In this document: piece by piece, positions 25,281 through 40,200 of the stretch | How positions within the stretch are numbered: position 1 is the first letter of the stretch | Layout: each line of letters starts with the position of its first letter | Assembly (NCBI GenBank): GCA_002633005.1 | Contig: NMRA01000426.1 | Span: 330,506 to 394,505, forward strand | DNA: 64,000 bases | Direction of reading: 5' to 3' | Source of the DNA: Phoronis australis | Taxonomy: Eukaryota > Animalia > Phoronida | Made by a program: the position numbers and the translations under genes | Notes under the pieces: model-generated | What the model saw: only the letters and a program-made list of their open reading frames with translations | Database searches by the model: none | Told to the model about the DNA's origin: nothing

Positions 25281-28200
25281 CTGTATATGGATAGCAGCAT
25301 TTTAGACATGTTTAACACAAGTCTACCTTGTTAAGTGATATATCCACAATATTGCTGAATGCATAATAACACATAACAGACTTTTTAATGCATAATAACA
25401 CATAACAGACTTTTTAATGCATATTAACACATAACAGACTTTTTAAATTGTCATCTCCAAAAGCTTCACCTATATTTTCAACAGTGAAATTCAGAAGAGC
25501 TGACTCACCAGGTTTTGTTAAACTGACACACCTGATCAATAACTTTGGTGACATAATACAAATACATGCACAAGACAGGTGAAATGCTCAGATAAATTTT
25601 GTTTGCATTGAAATTTGCCGGATTGACAAAACAAGGTGAAAAGATGTTATTTGATGCATAAGGTGGCATGAGAACATTAGGAATTAAGTTTGGGTAGTTT
25701 GTAAAGCACAATGTTGGAACAAGCTGTCGGTCAGTTTAAAGTGTTCAGGAATCTGAAGCAGTCTAAGACTACTTTATGTTACATTATTAATGAGGGACAG
25801 AGGCGATGTCACTTAATTGATGTATGTTCATGTTACATTACTAATGAGGGACAGAGGTGATGTCACTTAATTGATGTATGTTCATGTTACATTACTAATG
25901 AGGGACAGAGGCGATGTCACTTAATTGATGTATGTTCATGTTACATTACTAATGAGGGACAGAGGCGATGTCACTTAATTGATGTATGTTGATGTTACAT
26001 TACTAATGAGGGACAGAGGCGATGTCACTTAATTGATGTATGTTCATGTTACATTACTAATGAGGGACAGAGGCGATGTCACTTAATTGATGTATGTTCA
26101 TGTTACATTACTAATGAGGGACAGAGGCGATGTCACTTAATTGATGTATGTTCATGTTACATTACTAATGAGGGACAGAGGCGATGTCACTTAATTGATG
26201 TATGTTCATGTTACATTACTAATGAGGGACAGAGGCGATGTCACTTAATTGATGTATGTTCATGTTACATTACTAATGAGGGACAGAGGCGATGTCACTT
26301 AATTGATGTATGTTGATGTTACATTACTAATGAGGGACAGAGGCGATGTCACTTAACTGATGTATGTTGATGTTACATTACTAATGAGGGACAGAGGCGA
26401 TGTCACTTAACTGATGTATGTTCATGTTACATTACTAATGTAACATACATGGTGTAGCACCTACCTTCTCCAGAAGAATATTGCCAGCACCACCAGAAGA
26501 ATTGCCACCAACAGACCCAGAATGACTCCAGCAACCACACCTGGATCAACAGAACAATAATTAACAGTTACGAAATAAACTTGCACACTGACAGGAAACT
26601 AAGCCAGAGTTATAAGCACATGAATACCCTACTTCTTCCAATCCAATCCAAATAAAGAAAAAAACGTTAGATTAGAGATAATACTTTTTCAAAAACAAGA
26701 GAGGGAACTGATTGGCAGAACTGTAAAAACTGATAGCCATTGACCTTTTCTTAGATCTCTTAAAACTGTGCAGCACTTCCAGACTAATGCCCTGTCTGCA
26801 CAGTGCCTTCAGTTGTATACCACTTCCTACACAAATCTCACATACAACAGTTGTATAAGACTTTCGTATACGGCTGTCCTATATGACTATTGTATACGAC
26901 TGTTGTACATGACTCATACAACAGTTGTATAAGACTTTCGTATACGGCTGTCCTATATGACTATTGTATACGACTGTTGTACATGACTGTCATAAAGACC
27001 ATCGTATACGGCTTTCATTTACAACTGTTGTTATAGAATACGATGGTCGCATATGACTATCGTTTACGACTACTTAGAGTGTGTTTCTGACGTGAATTTT
27101 CGAGTTAAAATGTCGTACATTATTTGTCTTTGAGCAAAGTTAAATTTGTTGTGATTTTTATTCAACTCAGGGGAAAATAATTGTCTTCTCAGCTTCATTG
27201 TCAAAACAATCAGTGTGTAGACAACTTCATGGGAAGCCAGCAGGCATTCCACCTATGAAATGACTCGCACCTCTTAGTCAAACACTTTTGCTTTTCTTTG
27301 CACCCATGCTAACAACACCTTACATATTTAAATGCTTTAAATACAAACACCATGCATGTTTATACACTGTAATTACAGTTTACATCTGTAAACATATTAT
27401 TAATTTAACTGAAATGTCTGGAATAACTAAAAAGTATGATGATTCTTCATGCCAAACCTCTAAAACAGGCAGATAGGTAGCTGTTATGATCAGATCTATT
27501 GAACTAACCTATTGATGCATGACTGCAGAGTACACTCCCATGATTATGTCAAGCGTGGTACACACAGAAATATTACAACAGACAATTAGAACCTGCACAA
27601 TAAAGATAAGATGCACCTAACACTCAAAAGTGTAGACTCACCTCCATTAGGCCCATCATTGCCTTGCTGAGGTTTAATGGTGGTCTCACCTGAAAGGAAA
27701 CACACACATACATATACATATATATACATACATTATATATATATATACATACATATATAGACAGCGCAGTACATGTAACAGAATCCAAACAACTTGGAAG
27801 GAACTGTTAGGTTTTGAGCGTGTATCACCGTTTTGAGAGTAGATGGCGGTTTTGAGAGTATATGGCCATTTCGAGAGTATACTGCCATTTTGAGAGTATA
27901 TGGCCATTTTGAGAGCATATGGCCTTTTTGAGAGTATATGGTAATTTTGACAGCATATGGCCATTTTGAGAGCACACGGCCATTTTGACAGCATATGGTC
28001 ATTTTGAGAGTCAGGGCTTGGAATGACCAATGACAAAAAACGCGGAAACTTTGAAACTTTTACGGCCCAAATCATGCCCGATAACCAGCCTTGAAATGGT
28101 CGAAGTGAACCAAAAATCGGGAGGACATCAGTAGCATGCGTCTGCGTCCTTTTAACTCGCCCGTCCACTCCCAACCCACAAATTTTTGGCTGCAGAGCGG

Positions 28201-31200
28201 TAGTATTTGTCGCCGCGCTTAACAATAACACGAGACGCCATTGAAAATCCCACCACGCTGTCCCAGATGCCCCGGCAATGTTGACAATTTACGTTCCTCC
28301 GAAACATAAAGAGCAACTTCCGCTTTTCGAGGTGAACATCGTCTGCAACGCCGCAGTAAGAAAGGAATTTGCCGCGGAAATTTTATATCAAATCCGATTT
28401 TTTTACGCGGAAATATTATAAAAAAAGCGTAAAGCACATTTGAAAAAAGCGGAAATCCGCGTTTCAGCGGAAAATTCCAAGCCCAGGAGAGTATATGGCC
28501 ATTTTGAGAGCACATGGCCATTTTGAGACTATATGGCCGTTTTGAAAGAATATGGCCATTTTGAGAGAATATATGGTCGTTTTGAAAGCATATGGCCATT
28601 TTGAGAGTATGTGGTGGTTTTGAGGGAATGTTGCATCCAGTGTCAAAAAGGACATCCAGTCAAGAAAATGTAACCACATAGAGACGTAACAATTTAACAC
28701 TGGAGATATCTTACAATTTTGCAGTAGTCATGGCTTCTACCCAAAACAGTGCAAAACATTTACAGAATGTGTTTTAAGACAGCATTCATATTATATGTTC
28801 AGCTTAGATAACACTCAAAACTGACAAGGAGTCTTGCAGATATGTATAATTTAAGGTTGAGCTTAATTAGGCTAGTTCCTGCACTTTTCAGTTCAGAGAT
28901 TATTTCAACAAAATGTCCTCTACGTTGAAACTGCCGACAGAAGCATAGTGTTAAACATTTTGTCCCCATTTCATGAAAAATCAAGGTTTAACATTTTAGT
29001 GTCCAGTAAACGTGAGTGAATGTTGGGCAGATGTGTGAAGAAATGGAAACAAAACAGTGAGTTACCTTCATAGTTACCATTAGATATGCCATGCATTGTA
29101 TAAAGACTTACTTGTTTTGGACTGTGATGTCATCTTGACTGTTGCCACAGTGACCTCAATAGAAGCAGCAGGGGAAGTCATGGCTGAAACATTACAACAC
29201 AAGTATGAGTGTGTCACCAGACTAAACAACACAAAAGTTTTAGAGTGTGTAATCAGTCTATTACAACACACAAGTCTTCGAGTGTGTCATCAGTCTATTA
29301 CAACACACAAGTCTTCGAGTGTGTCATCAGTCTATTACAACACATACATTTATCACATCAATGTACTGACTATAATCCTGATGATGATATTGAGTAATAT
29401 CGAAACATCGACATGAAGCCCAACATCTTGTTGTTACTATTTAACTAACTTTTTACGGAACCTGTTTCAGAGTTGCAAGTGAATAAGCAGAGTCTTAAGT
29501 TGGTTCATCAAAAACTCAACTTAACTGAATCTCATCTAAAGCAAGCTGGATGTGTAATTTCACTCATCCACATGACTAACACCAACACTAGCGCCACACA
29601 GTGTCCACTTACCTATACACTCTCCTGGTTCTTCACTCCAATTCCAATTAGACTTCTTATCACACCTCAGTAACTGAAAGCCTCGTTTCCGAAGGGCAGC
29701 GCTCTTAAAGGCAAAGTCAACGCTGCACCTGACGATGGCTGTCTCAGCTAGACCTGTCTTGTTGTTGGTGTGTAATGATACCTCGATGGGTCCAGTGTGG
29801 CCACGAAACAGTGGACAGCCTACAGCTGTAAGTGTGATAGTTTTGTCACTGCAGTGTAAACATGAACTCTTGCAATGTGTGCTTAGTTATACTATCAATT
29901 TAACAGTAGTCTATGCTAGTTACCGTATCTTTAATTTTTTTGTTTTAATTACCAACCTGGGGTTACCTGAGCTTATCTGAGGCAGAGTTGATAAATGACT
30001 GGGTGTTTGGTTTCAGGCTACAGAGAATATTTTGATCTTTAGCTAACAGTGTCCATTTCAAAAAGATAGTACTTTGGCTTAACATTGAATAACAAGTCCA
30101 TTAGTGTGATGTCTAAACAGAAAAACAAACTGCAACCAGACACAACATTTGAAGCTATTCAAAGGCAGCTTCCAAATGTCCGTCTACAGTTGGAAGACAA
30201 AGTATACAACTCTTTAAAGCCTGCTGCACACTGCAAGACATAGCACCATGACACAACTCATCTGTTCCAGTAGTTTACGACTCATGGTTAAATCAAAGCA
30301 TAGCAGTTTTCAATTAAAAAAATGATTTCTTCTCGAAAATCAGTGAAAATATGAAAATAAAACTTGCAGTCTGATTTCCTTTGGGTTTTCAATGTAACTT
30401 CAACAAAGCCAGACAAATTTTGACGAGCGTCAATTTTTTAAAAACTACTGTACTTGTATGCAAGTATGTAGACATTGATTTGACCTGAGCTGCTATGGAG
30501 TAATACTCAATCATTAGTCAATAACTTGGTGACAAGCAAGATGAGTCAAAATGAGCAACGTTGTGTAGTATGCAGAACGTGTAATCACTTACCTTGGTAA
30601 TGTAATGCAAATCTCGCTCCACTGGGGGCAGCACTGTACTCGTGTGAATGAAATGTGACAAAAACCTCGTTAGTACCACTGAGAAGCAAAGTGCGCGACC
30701 GCAGCTCTTGTCCACAGCCACTGAACAAGACTGGATCAGCCGGAGACAGGGAAGAATCAGTAATGCCCAGGTAATCAAAGCACTTGTAGTCACGGCGACC
30801 GTCCAGGAGGAATACCTCAATATATAGTTCAATTTTTTCGTGTAGTTTTGCACGAATATTCCAGCGACAGTCAAGCCCGGTGTGATATCTAGAAATGCAG
30901 GAAAATATATGGATAAATAAAAATTCAGTGACACCTGAACAATACTACACTGGGTGTAGTCTGGGACTCAAATGCCGTGTTTTTTTACTTAACCTGGTTT
31001 TGCCGGATAAAGTTTTTTTTTGCTGTTTCGTGTAGCCTAGGGTTTGGTAATCAGAAATCAGGCGGGTGACCGTTCCCAAACCTTGAGCATTTCTTTAAAT
31101 ATGCAAATTAAGGTCGCCATTATGCAAAATTCTATTTTTGCCTATAATTTCCTAACCAAGCACTGCAGGTAGATTATTTTGACATTTTACCCCTGTTTCC

Positions 31201-34200
31201 ATGGTCAGTGAATTTAATGGAGCACGTTTGTTGGTGAATACATTGTCAATTTGCATAATTTATGCAAATTAATACCCCCATTATGCAAAATTCTATTTTG
31301 CATATAATTTCCTTACCAAGCACTGCAGGCAGGTTATTTTGATGCTTTCACCCACGTTTCCATGGTAGATGAATTGAATAGTGAAAGTTTTTGGGTGGAT
31401 ACATCGTCAATTTGCATAATTTATGCAAATTAAGGCAGCCATTATTCAAAATTTTACTTGTTCTCATAGCTATGGTACCAATCATCACAGGTGAATTATC
31501 ATATTTGCACCTATGTTTCTGTGGTCAATTAGTTCAATGAAATCAGTTTGCATGTTGTTGCATGATAAATTTGCATAATTAATGCAAATTAAGGCCACCA
31601 TTATTCAAAATTACTTGTTGCTTAAAGCTCCCTTACCGAGCACTGCAGACAGGTTACGTTATTGTTTTCACCCATGCTTCCATGGTCAGTGAATTTAATG
31701 AACCTCGTTTGCTGGTGAATACATCATGAATTTGCTTAATATATGCATAATATATGCAAATTAAGGTCGCCATTATTCAAAATTCTACTTTTGCTTATAG
31801 CTGAAGTACCAGGCACCCCAAGTAAACTATTTTAACGTCTTTACCCATGCTTCTGTGAAATCAGCAAGTTGTTGCATGAGGAATTTTCATATTTTATACA
31901 AATAATGGACACCACTATTCCAAAAACTGTTTCTGCTCTTAATTTCCTTACGGCCGTTACATGTAGATTATTTTCCAATTTATCTCACGTTCTGATAATT
32001 TACGCAAATTGCAGCTGCCCTATTCAAAATTCTACTTGTGCTTATAACTGCTGCATCAGACACCAGAGGTTAGTTATAAAATATTTGCACCCATGTTTCA
32101 GTGGTCAATAAATTTAATGAAATCTCTTTGCAGAATCTCCTTTTTTATGAAGTAAGAAAATATTTTGTGTAGTGTGTGTTCTGCAGTTTGAGACCTTAAA
32201 TTCCAAAAAGATATTGCCTGTAGCCCTGCACTCTCACAGACCACAGAAAATTAGTTTAATGACTTGGGTGAATGCTGGAATGGGGCTCGGAGCGATCAGA
32301 TTATAGGGACCACATACAGTAATGAGGGAATAGTAGGGAATTGCCCGCAAAGAAGAGAATCTTAAGCTCTGGGCACAAGTTGCCATTTGTCCTACAAGAT
32401 TGAAACAGTTCTTGGAGAGATGGACAGCGGTAACACTAGATCCTGTACTAAAACTTATCACTCGGAAGAAAGTAAGGCACGTCTTGATGCACAAGCCCAG
32501 AATATTGCACGGATATTTCAAAAGTAGATACCAGCATCGATCTATTGGATCTCAATGTTCATCCCAAAGACACAGTGGTGAACATCAGCATGACAGGATT
32601 GCCACTTCATGACACTATAAGCATGGGGCAGGTAATGTTATCAGACTTTGAGAAAGGCTGCCAGTACATTAGGAATACAAGTAGGCAATCACTGATGAAG
32701 ATCCTTGTTCCTTAATACAATACAAGGATATTGGAGATCGAGACATCCCATGAAGAAGCTAGCTCCATTATTGTCCAACAGGACGTGAAATGTGCATGTG
32801 AACTTAACTTAGGTTGTTTCGGATGGCAAAAATGTATTTGTCCTTTTTGTGCATTACTAAGACTAGGAACAGCTTCAAATACTACAACCATGAAATCACG
32901 TAGTAAGCATAGAAGAGTCGAACAGATAACGTTAACAGTGAAAACATGTAGCAATATTGTGAAGGTCTCCTCCCTGCCCATGCACTGTAGGGGTGTAACA
33001 CGTTGGCATGCTACTGTGGAGTTGAAAAGGGATACATTGTTAAAATATTGAAGACTGAACATGACCTGTCTGCCATCAGCACTAGTAATGCACATTTTTA
33101 TGATGTCATGAAACAGGTCACTAAATGTATGTGCGCCTGTTATGTCCGCCCCCAAACTGTCACCAACAACAGAGACATTCAAAGAGAACGTAAACACAAA
33201 CAGAGCCCATTACCAGTCAGTTATGTGGTAGAATGTCACCAGCACTAGATCCAGAAGACTATGGATGTAAGAAAGATGCCATAAACAAATCACTCTCACT
33301 ATCTATAATTCCGCATGGTGTCCAACTTGCTCCTATTGCATGCTAGTGATGATTAGGTGTAACTACAAGGTCAGAGTTCACGAAACTCAAGTAGAAACAA
33401 TTGCAGAGTCAATTTTCTACCCGCACAATATTTTGGGCACATTATTTTGTAGTGTACTCACATTCCCAGTGTTGAATTAGCATTTGAAACTTCTTGTGAC
33501 TGGTCTCCATTCGATAGGTTATTGTCCTGGGTTTATGCAATTAAACAATTTGGTCATCTATACCGTGGGTATCAGACAAAACTAGAATTTGTAATGTTGT
33601 GTAACAAATTACAGATTATATATATTTATGATGTAATAACAGATTACATTAAATTCATCAGTAAAAATACCAAAATAATTTACATGCAGTACCCCTCCCC
33701 CCCCTCCGTAAGAAAGTAACAAGCAGAAACAGAATTTTTGATAATGGCTGCCTTTATTTGCATAAATTATGGTAATTTATTGCGCAACTTGCAAACTGAT
33801 TTCATTAACTTAATTGACCATAGGAACATAGGTTCAAATATCATGAGAGGTTACCTGTGGTGCTTGGTACCACAGCTATAAGCACAAGTAGCTATATGCA
33901 CAAGTAAAATTTTGAATAACGGCACCCTTAATTGGCATTAGTTCTGCAAATTTGCATTAATTATACATGCAACAACATGCAAAGTGATTTCATTTAACTA
34001 GTTGACTAAAAGAATATAGGTGCAAACACCATGATAGTTCATCTGATGTGCCTGGTACAGTAGCTATAAGCACAAGAAGAATTTTGAATAATGGCAGCCT
34101 TAATTTGCATAAATTATGCAAATTGACAAAGTATTCACCCAAAAACTTATACTATTAAATTCATTGACCATGGAAACATAAGTTGATCAATGGCGTCTGC

Positions 34201-37200
34201 ATACCCTATTAATCGCCGTCACAAATAGTGTGATTCTGCGGCCAAAAATGTGTGGAGCTTGGAGTAAACAGAATATTTCGTGGAAAAGTGGATAAAAGAA
34301 ACGGTCAATGTGTTCTCAAACGACAAAAGTCTGAGTTTGCGCTCTGTAAATGTTGACTGACAATTATGGCGTGCGTAGCCGAATCATGGAGGACCTGAAA
34401 ACAATGAAACACAAGAAAGAAAAACGCATTCTGATAGGAAATTCAACCGTAACAGGTAATTCGTTGGATTGGAATCGTGGGATGTGAGTGATGTATGAAA
34501 TTCCTTTGTTTAATCCCACGTGCAAGCCCCTGCTGGCAGTTAGCAAGTTGCTACGCCCGAGTTCAATATACTGTGTGCCGCCGAAACGGGATACAAAGTG
34601 CTATTTTTGTTACTGCAACTGTGTTTTAGATTGCCGTTGATATATTCCAATATATTTTGACATTTTTCATGGTTTATTTTTGTTGAAACAAGTAGTTTTG
34701 ACCAACTCAAGTTTTGCAGTTCAATAGGGAAGTAGTCATGTGGTAGGTTCTGAATGATCTGATTGGTCCAAGCCATTGTTCACAAATTCTGCTAGCCTAT
34801 TTTGGGTGTCCTTGTAGTTATTTCTTATGTCACATAGTTTGTTCAACACTAGTATGAACAATTATATCCTGTATTAATACTGTTTTAAACTGAAAAGTTT
34901 GACCTACTTAACTCTGGCCTGACGACATAAACAGCACAGTTAACTGGACCGTTCATACTGGCTTCGGTAAAATGAACATCAAAGTAAATGGTTGGCGACA
35001 CTGTCGTCATTGAAGTTATCGCAGGGTAGCGCTGCATGCCAAGATTTTTTCAATGTGACAATTTGGGAACATTTACAAGTACTAAGTGACATTAAACTTA
35101 TTTTTAAATCGATTGGAGCAAAATATAAGCAGCTATTAGTAACGACACTACCCTGTAGCTGTTGACGATAACAGTGGCACCTGGCGATAACTTCAATTGG
35201 ACCGAAGTTAAGCGTTCATACTGGACTGCAGCGTTGACATTGCGCTATTAAATCCATCTGTTAACTGCGATGTTAACTGGAGCTGTTAACTGCGATCCAG
35301 GACCGGAGTTAAGCGTTCATACTGACTGCAACTCCCCAATCCATCGACGCGTCGACGTTAGCAGGAAAGGCCCTTGAGGCACCTTATTGTAGACTTTCTC
35401 AAGTTATCAGCTCTGACTAAACAATATAATCCACTGTGTTTTCGCGACTTTCTTACAATTTGCCAATTACCATAGTTGTCTATGAGACACTTCTAGCAAT
35501 CAAAGCCAGTGTCTTACCAATTGACTATGCTTAAATTATATTACAGTTTATTGAATAAGATTTAGCTCAGGCACTAAAGCATTTGGCTCTAACAACAAAG
35601 GATGCCTGTTCAAATCTGCATTGAGGCTATTCTCAGAAAATAACTTTTCTCCCCGAAGTCACTAATTTCATCTTCATTTGTGATGAGCAATTTCACGCAA
35701 TAAATTACGAGTTACCCACAATATTGTGAATAAGTAGAACTATGCCAGATAGCTAACACAGAGAATAATCTTATTGTGAACATAACTTATAATCCAGATG
35801 AGATGCAACGGGGAAGACGGATTGGTTAATAAATAGGCATAACCTGTGATGTCATCAAGCCAAGTGCAAATTGAGTGTGCATTTGTAACCATTCGTGGAG
35901 ATGAAATCAAGTAGTGTTTGCTCTTCTTGAAACAAGGCTGAACTTTGTAGTGCAAATATCAACACTGTACACAGGCTGGAGGCTTGGAAATTACATGCAA
36001 TATGTTTATTAGATCACCAGGATTAATAGAAAGACTGAAGACATATTGTAAATAGCCGTGTAAATTACAAACCACTTTACATCATCAAATACAATGAAAG
36101 GGAGGGATGCACTTATATTTAAACAGTTCCAAATTTAGTTGGAGGGTGCTTAAAAGGACATGGATACTTATCAGGGCGAATAAGATATGAAGAACACCAG
36201 TTCCATGACCTGCACCCGAGATGAGACTTTAGGTCGACTTACCTGTACGGGAAGTTTGGACTGGTGAGCCAGCCTCCAGGTGTAGCACTGATGACTGGCT
36301 GGTTACCACAGCGACGGGGAAATGAAGCTGAAAGAGGTAGAGGGTAAAGTTCCANNNNNNNNNNNNNNNNNNNACATGTTAGGAAAATTACTAAAAGTAA
36401 CAATAAATAAAAAAAATTGTAAAAGAGAATGTGGAACTTTAAAAAACCTTTAGATTCATCTGAAGCACATAATTCAATCAGAGAAAATGTTCCAAATGGA
36501 AACATGGAAATGGCAGTCAACATACTGTCCATACAGTCACTACACACACTCTCTAGTGTTATCATGTCCTTGACTAGTAACCAACATTATGTTCTAGCAA
36601 CAAACCATCCAGTTTGGGTGCAAAATGGTGTACAGCTTTGTACTGATGTGGCTAAATAGAATCTGAAACAAAATTAATGTCCTTAAAAACTACAATTTTC
36701 TTTGAGTAAACAAACCAACACTGCTATAAATATTGATGTTCTGCTGCTAAATTTGTGAAGTAATAAGATGTGTTAACTTTTAGCGCCCACAAAATAGAGC
36801 GCCATCTATTGACCTTTTTTCAATCAACTATTCTTCAAAGAGCTTGCGCACACTTCATACCAAAATATTTGAATTGTTCTCATTCCATTAGAAGTTTATA
36901 GTACCTTATCAACAGTCAACTGAATTTCTGAACAAATTTCGCTTTGGCAAAGCTTTCGCCATCTTTCGAAAGATGTGACAAAAAATGTATCAAATTTGCA
37001 ACTGTGCTTTTCACGAGCATACTGTTATCCAGTCAACGACATACTTTTTTGTTACATAAGTAGGAGAATGACGCAAGAAAATCCCATTGTTTTTCACTTA
37101 AGAGGGTGTTATGGGCAACATGAGGATTAGTTGTCTCCAAGATGTTACATGCACCAGCAACCGTCACTAGAACTACATTTATGTTTCACAAAGTGATGGG

Positions 37201-40200
37201 CAGAACTACCCAGGCTATGTGAAATTACATGCAAACTTAACACACAGCAGTTCCTACCTGCATTTTAATGTAAGTCTTCTTACAGATAGCTAGCTAGCTA
37301 TAATAAACCACCGTGCAGACAGACATTGATTTTTATAACATTTCTGAAGTGCAGAATATCTTAGAGAGCTAGCTATCACATAATAACGCAATAACCCAAA
37401 CTCTCCAGAGTCACTCTTCACTTCATACCAACCACTGTACATGTGACTTCACTATGTACATAGTTGACTATTGCCATACAGCTGTCTGAGTGATTATATT
37501 CCCTCAGCCATAATAATGATCAAACCTAAAAACCTGCTTCACTCAGAAATTCCAACCCCCTTGGCCATAAGACATACTTATATATCTGGAGAAAAAAAAC
37601 ATAGTTATTAACACACAATTATACCTACAACAGAGCCTTCAACACTCAACACTAACTGATTAGAGAATGGTTTCTTGTCCTCACAATCTTGTTCAGCTGT
37701 TGTTGTTTTCCACATAAGAGTCACATGACTCATGACGTCAGGCCATACTGACCCCAAGTGCTCAGTTTATGAAGTCACAGAATCAGACAGAAGACTGAGG
37801 CCATAAATCAGTCTGTCACAAAAGTCATCAATAGATTCCTACTGTCATGACCAGCAGTTAATACTCATTATTTTGCGTATTCATTTTTGTGACTTTCCAT
37901 CAGTTTTCTTGAACATAATTTTCATCTGTCATGAGTTATTAGTAGATTTCAAGCATGTTAATTTTGCTTAAAACTGTCACTTAGCATAATTGATTTTGAA
38001 CAGTCACTATGGCTTCCAAACCGATGTAGTGAAATATTTCATAACCTTGCCATCATGTATTGCCCTGCTTTTTATCCACCTATCATGGAGACTTTAAGGA
38101 GAATGGTATCCATGACAACAGAGATGATAGAACTGTGATAGGACTTGTATATTCAAATGCACAAAGTTACCTCCCTCACACAATCTTCAAATGTTCTTTA
38201 CAAACTTCAAGCACCTCACTTGACATATGCTGTGCATTTTTTATGTGTGAAGATCAGTGTAGGCTGATTAAATTTGAAACTAAATCTGAATGTACAGCAC
38301 TTGGTGACTTGATAATAAGTTCCAGCTGCCAACAGTTCACATCAATAAATCCAAAACATGGCTACGAATTTCATAGGGGAACACATTACTCCCCTTCACC
38401 CAGGGACATTTCTGATAGAACACCTCATCAACTTCGCTGCTACTCAAGCTTGATGTTCACTGTGGTTAACCACGAATTTAAGCAGTAATGTTCCCATCAG
38501 CTTTGGAGTTAGTCAGAACACTAGTTCAGCTAAGTTTTCGAAGTTATCGCAACGTGAACCTTTAAATATGACCTTTGGTCATATTCCTTGCTGTTTTTGA
38601 CAGAGATTGCCATAAAAAATGGCAAAGACATTTCTCCGCTCCTCAAATGAAAAATAGAACGTCAACTTCCAAGGCAGCCATTGGTTGCCATGTTGGGTCG
38701 ATGATGATGTAGCAGAAAATGAACATGAAAAGATTGACTCTAGAGCAGGCTCGCAGCTGATCCAAACAAAGACTGTATGACGTGGCGGGAAATCGTTTTG
38801 CGTACAAATTATGTTCAGTGATTTTTTGATGTAAAGAATCCAGCCAATACATGGATAAATAATAATTATTAGAACAAAATATTAAAAAATTAGAAACCAG
38901 TCACTGCCCACTGTTATCAAACGCAGGCAGGGACTCCTGCCAATAACTCTGATAGCATTGAAGTCGAATATTCCCAATGACGGAAGTTTCAGTGTTGCCA
39001 AAGCTCCAAGCCAGTGGGAAAGGCCTTAAAATTTAAATTTACTTAAAATTTGGGTTATAGCAATCGGTTCACCAAACTTTTCAATTTTCACTTGAAAAGC
39101 CATTTGGGTGCAGAGGAAACAAACTGACTGCAATCGCAAATGACCCTGACTCACGCAGTTCATTACTTTTTGCCACCAAAAATATTAGCATTTCCGTCAC
39201 TCATGTGAACCTAGTATATAATGTTATTACCCATATGCATGTGAACCTAGTATATAATGTTATTACCCATATGCAAGTTCCAGCGAGGAACATAAAAATC
39301 ATACAAGATTACATATCACATCCAGCCCAGCTAAAACAAACAAGGTCTAGATAAATTTTCTACCACAAATGAAGACTGAGGCATCCTTAATTGCTGCACT
39401 GATTGATCAAGGATGCCAACATGATAAACTAGCAGCCATGACCCACGTGCATGGCACACTTGCCCGTGTTTTTTCACTTTACATGAACTCTGCACTAGGT
39501 CCTAGCATATCATAAACTATTTTCCTTTAATAAGGTAGACCAATATATTTAAAATGTCAGTTGCCATGTATGAAGCTGCAACATGATGAGTCACCTCCTG
39601 TAATTTACCGTCAATATCAGCGAGTATACTGTATACTAGGTTCCATGTTATCCAACATGGCTGGGGACCTGTACTAATGTCTCCTGGCTATCAATCAACT
39701 ATAAGTTCACTTAAAATCAGCCAAATGTCAGATTTTAACAGTCATTCATCCATTTCATGTTAACTCACACATTATAGCCAATACGCTTACATTCAACCAT
39801 AAGTAAAGTTATGCACCATCTCAGAGAGTGCGCGCTTGCTGCTTCGGACAGTTTGAACATTACTAGTCCTTTGCCAATGAGTGGAGGGTTGTTTTAGCAC
39901 GCAGCCTCTGACTAGGTGAATTACTATCTCTACCAGAGATTATGAAAATCAATTACTACCTGCACCAGAGACTATTTTTTATTACTAGATATGTTGTCCA
40001 CATCTTTGAACTATCTCAGGAATTTTTACAAATTTTTGGTGACACCCCACCAGCTACAAAGCGTGTTCCTCTGCACGATAGATGTGTTATTCCAGTTACG
40101 TAATCATTTACATTATTTTATTTACTCACAATTTGATCATTAATCCAGCTTCACACATTATTTTACGTCATCAACTTCATTATTATTTCCGTATGTCAGT

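Noticed and set aside
12449-26445. Regular arrays resembling CRISPR (12449, 19933, 24183, 25776)
   Set aside because: Units are head-to-tail with no unique spacers, there are no cas genes, and the context is eukaryotic.
27686-28700. ORFs with LSKWPYALKMAI repeats
   Set aside because: Translation of the 20-bp tandem array and the inserted MITE inside an intron.
30518-30934. 138-aa hydrophobic ORF from the track
   Set aside because: Wrong frame; the CUB-encoding frame of exon 30593-30888 explains this region.
32692-32750. Penelope-type hammerhead CTGATGAAGATC...GATCGAGAC
   Set aside because: The core GAAA is GAGA, stem II is interrupted, and no convincing Penelope RT or GIY-YIG sequence is adjacent.
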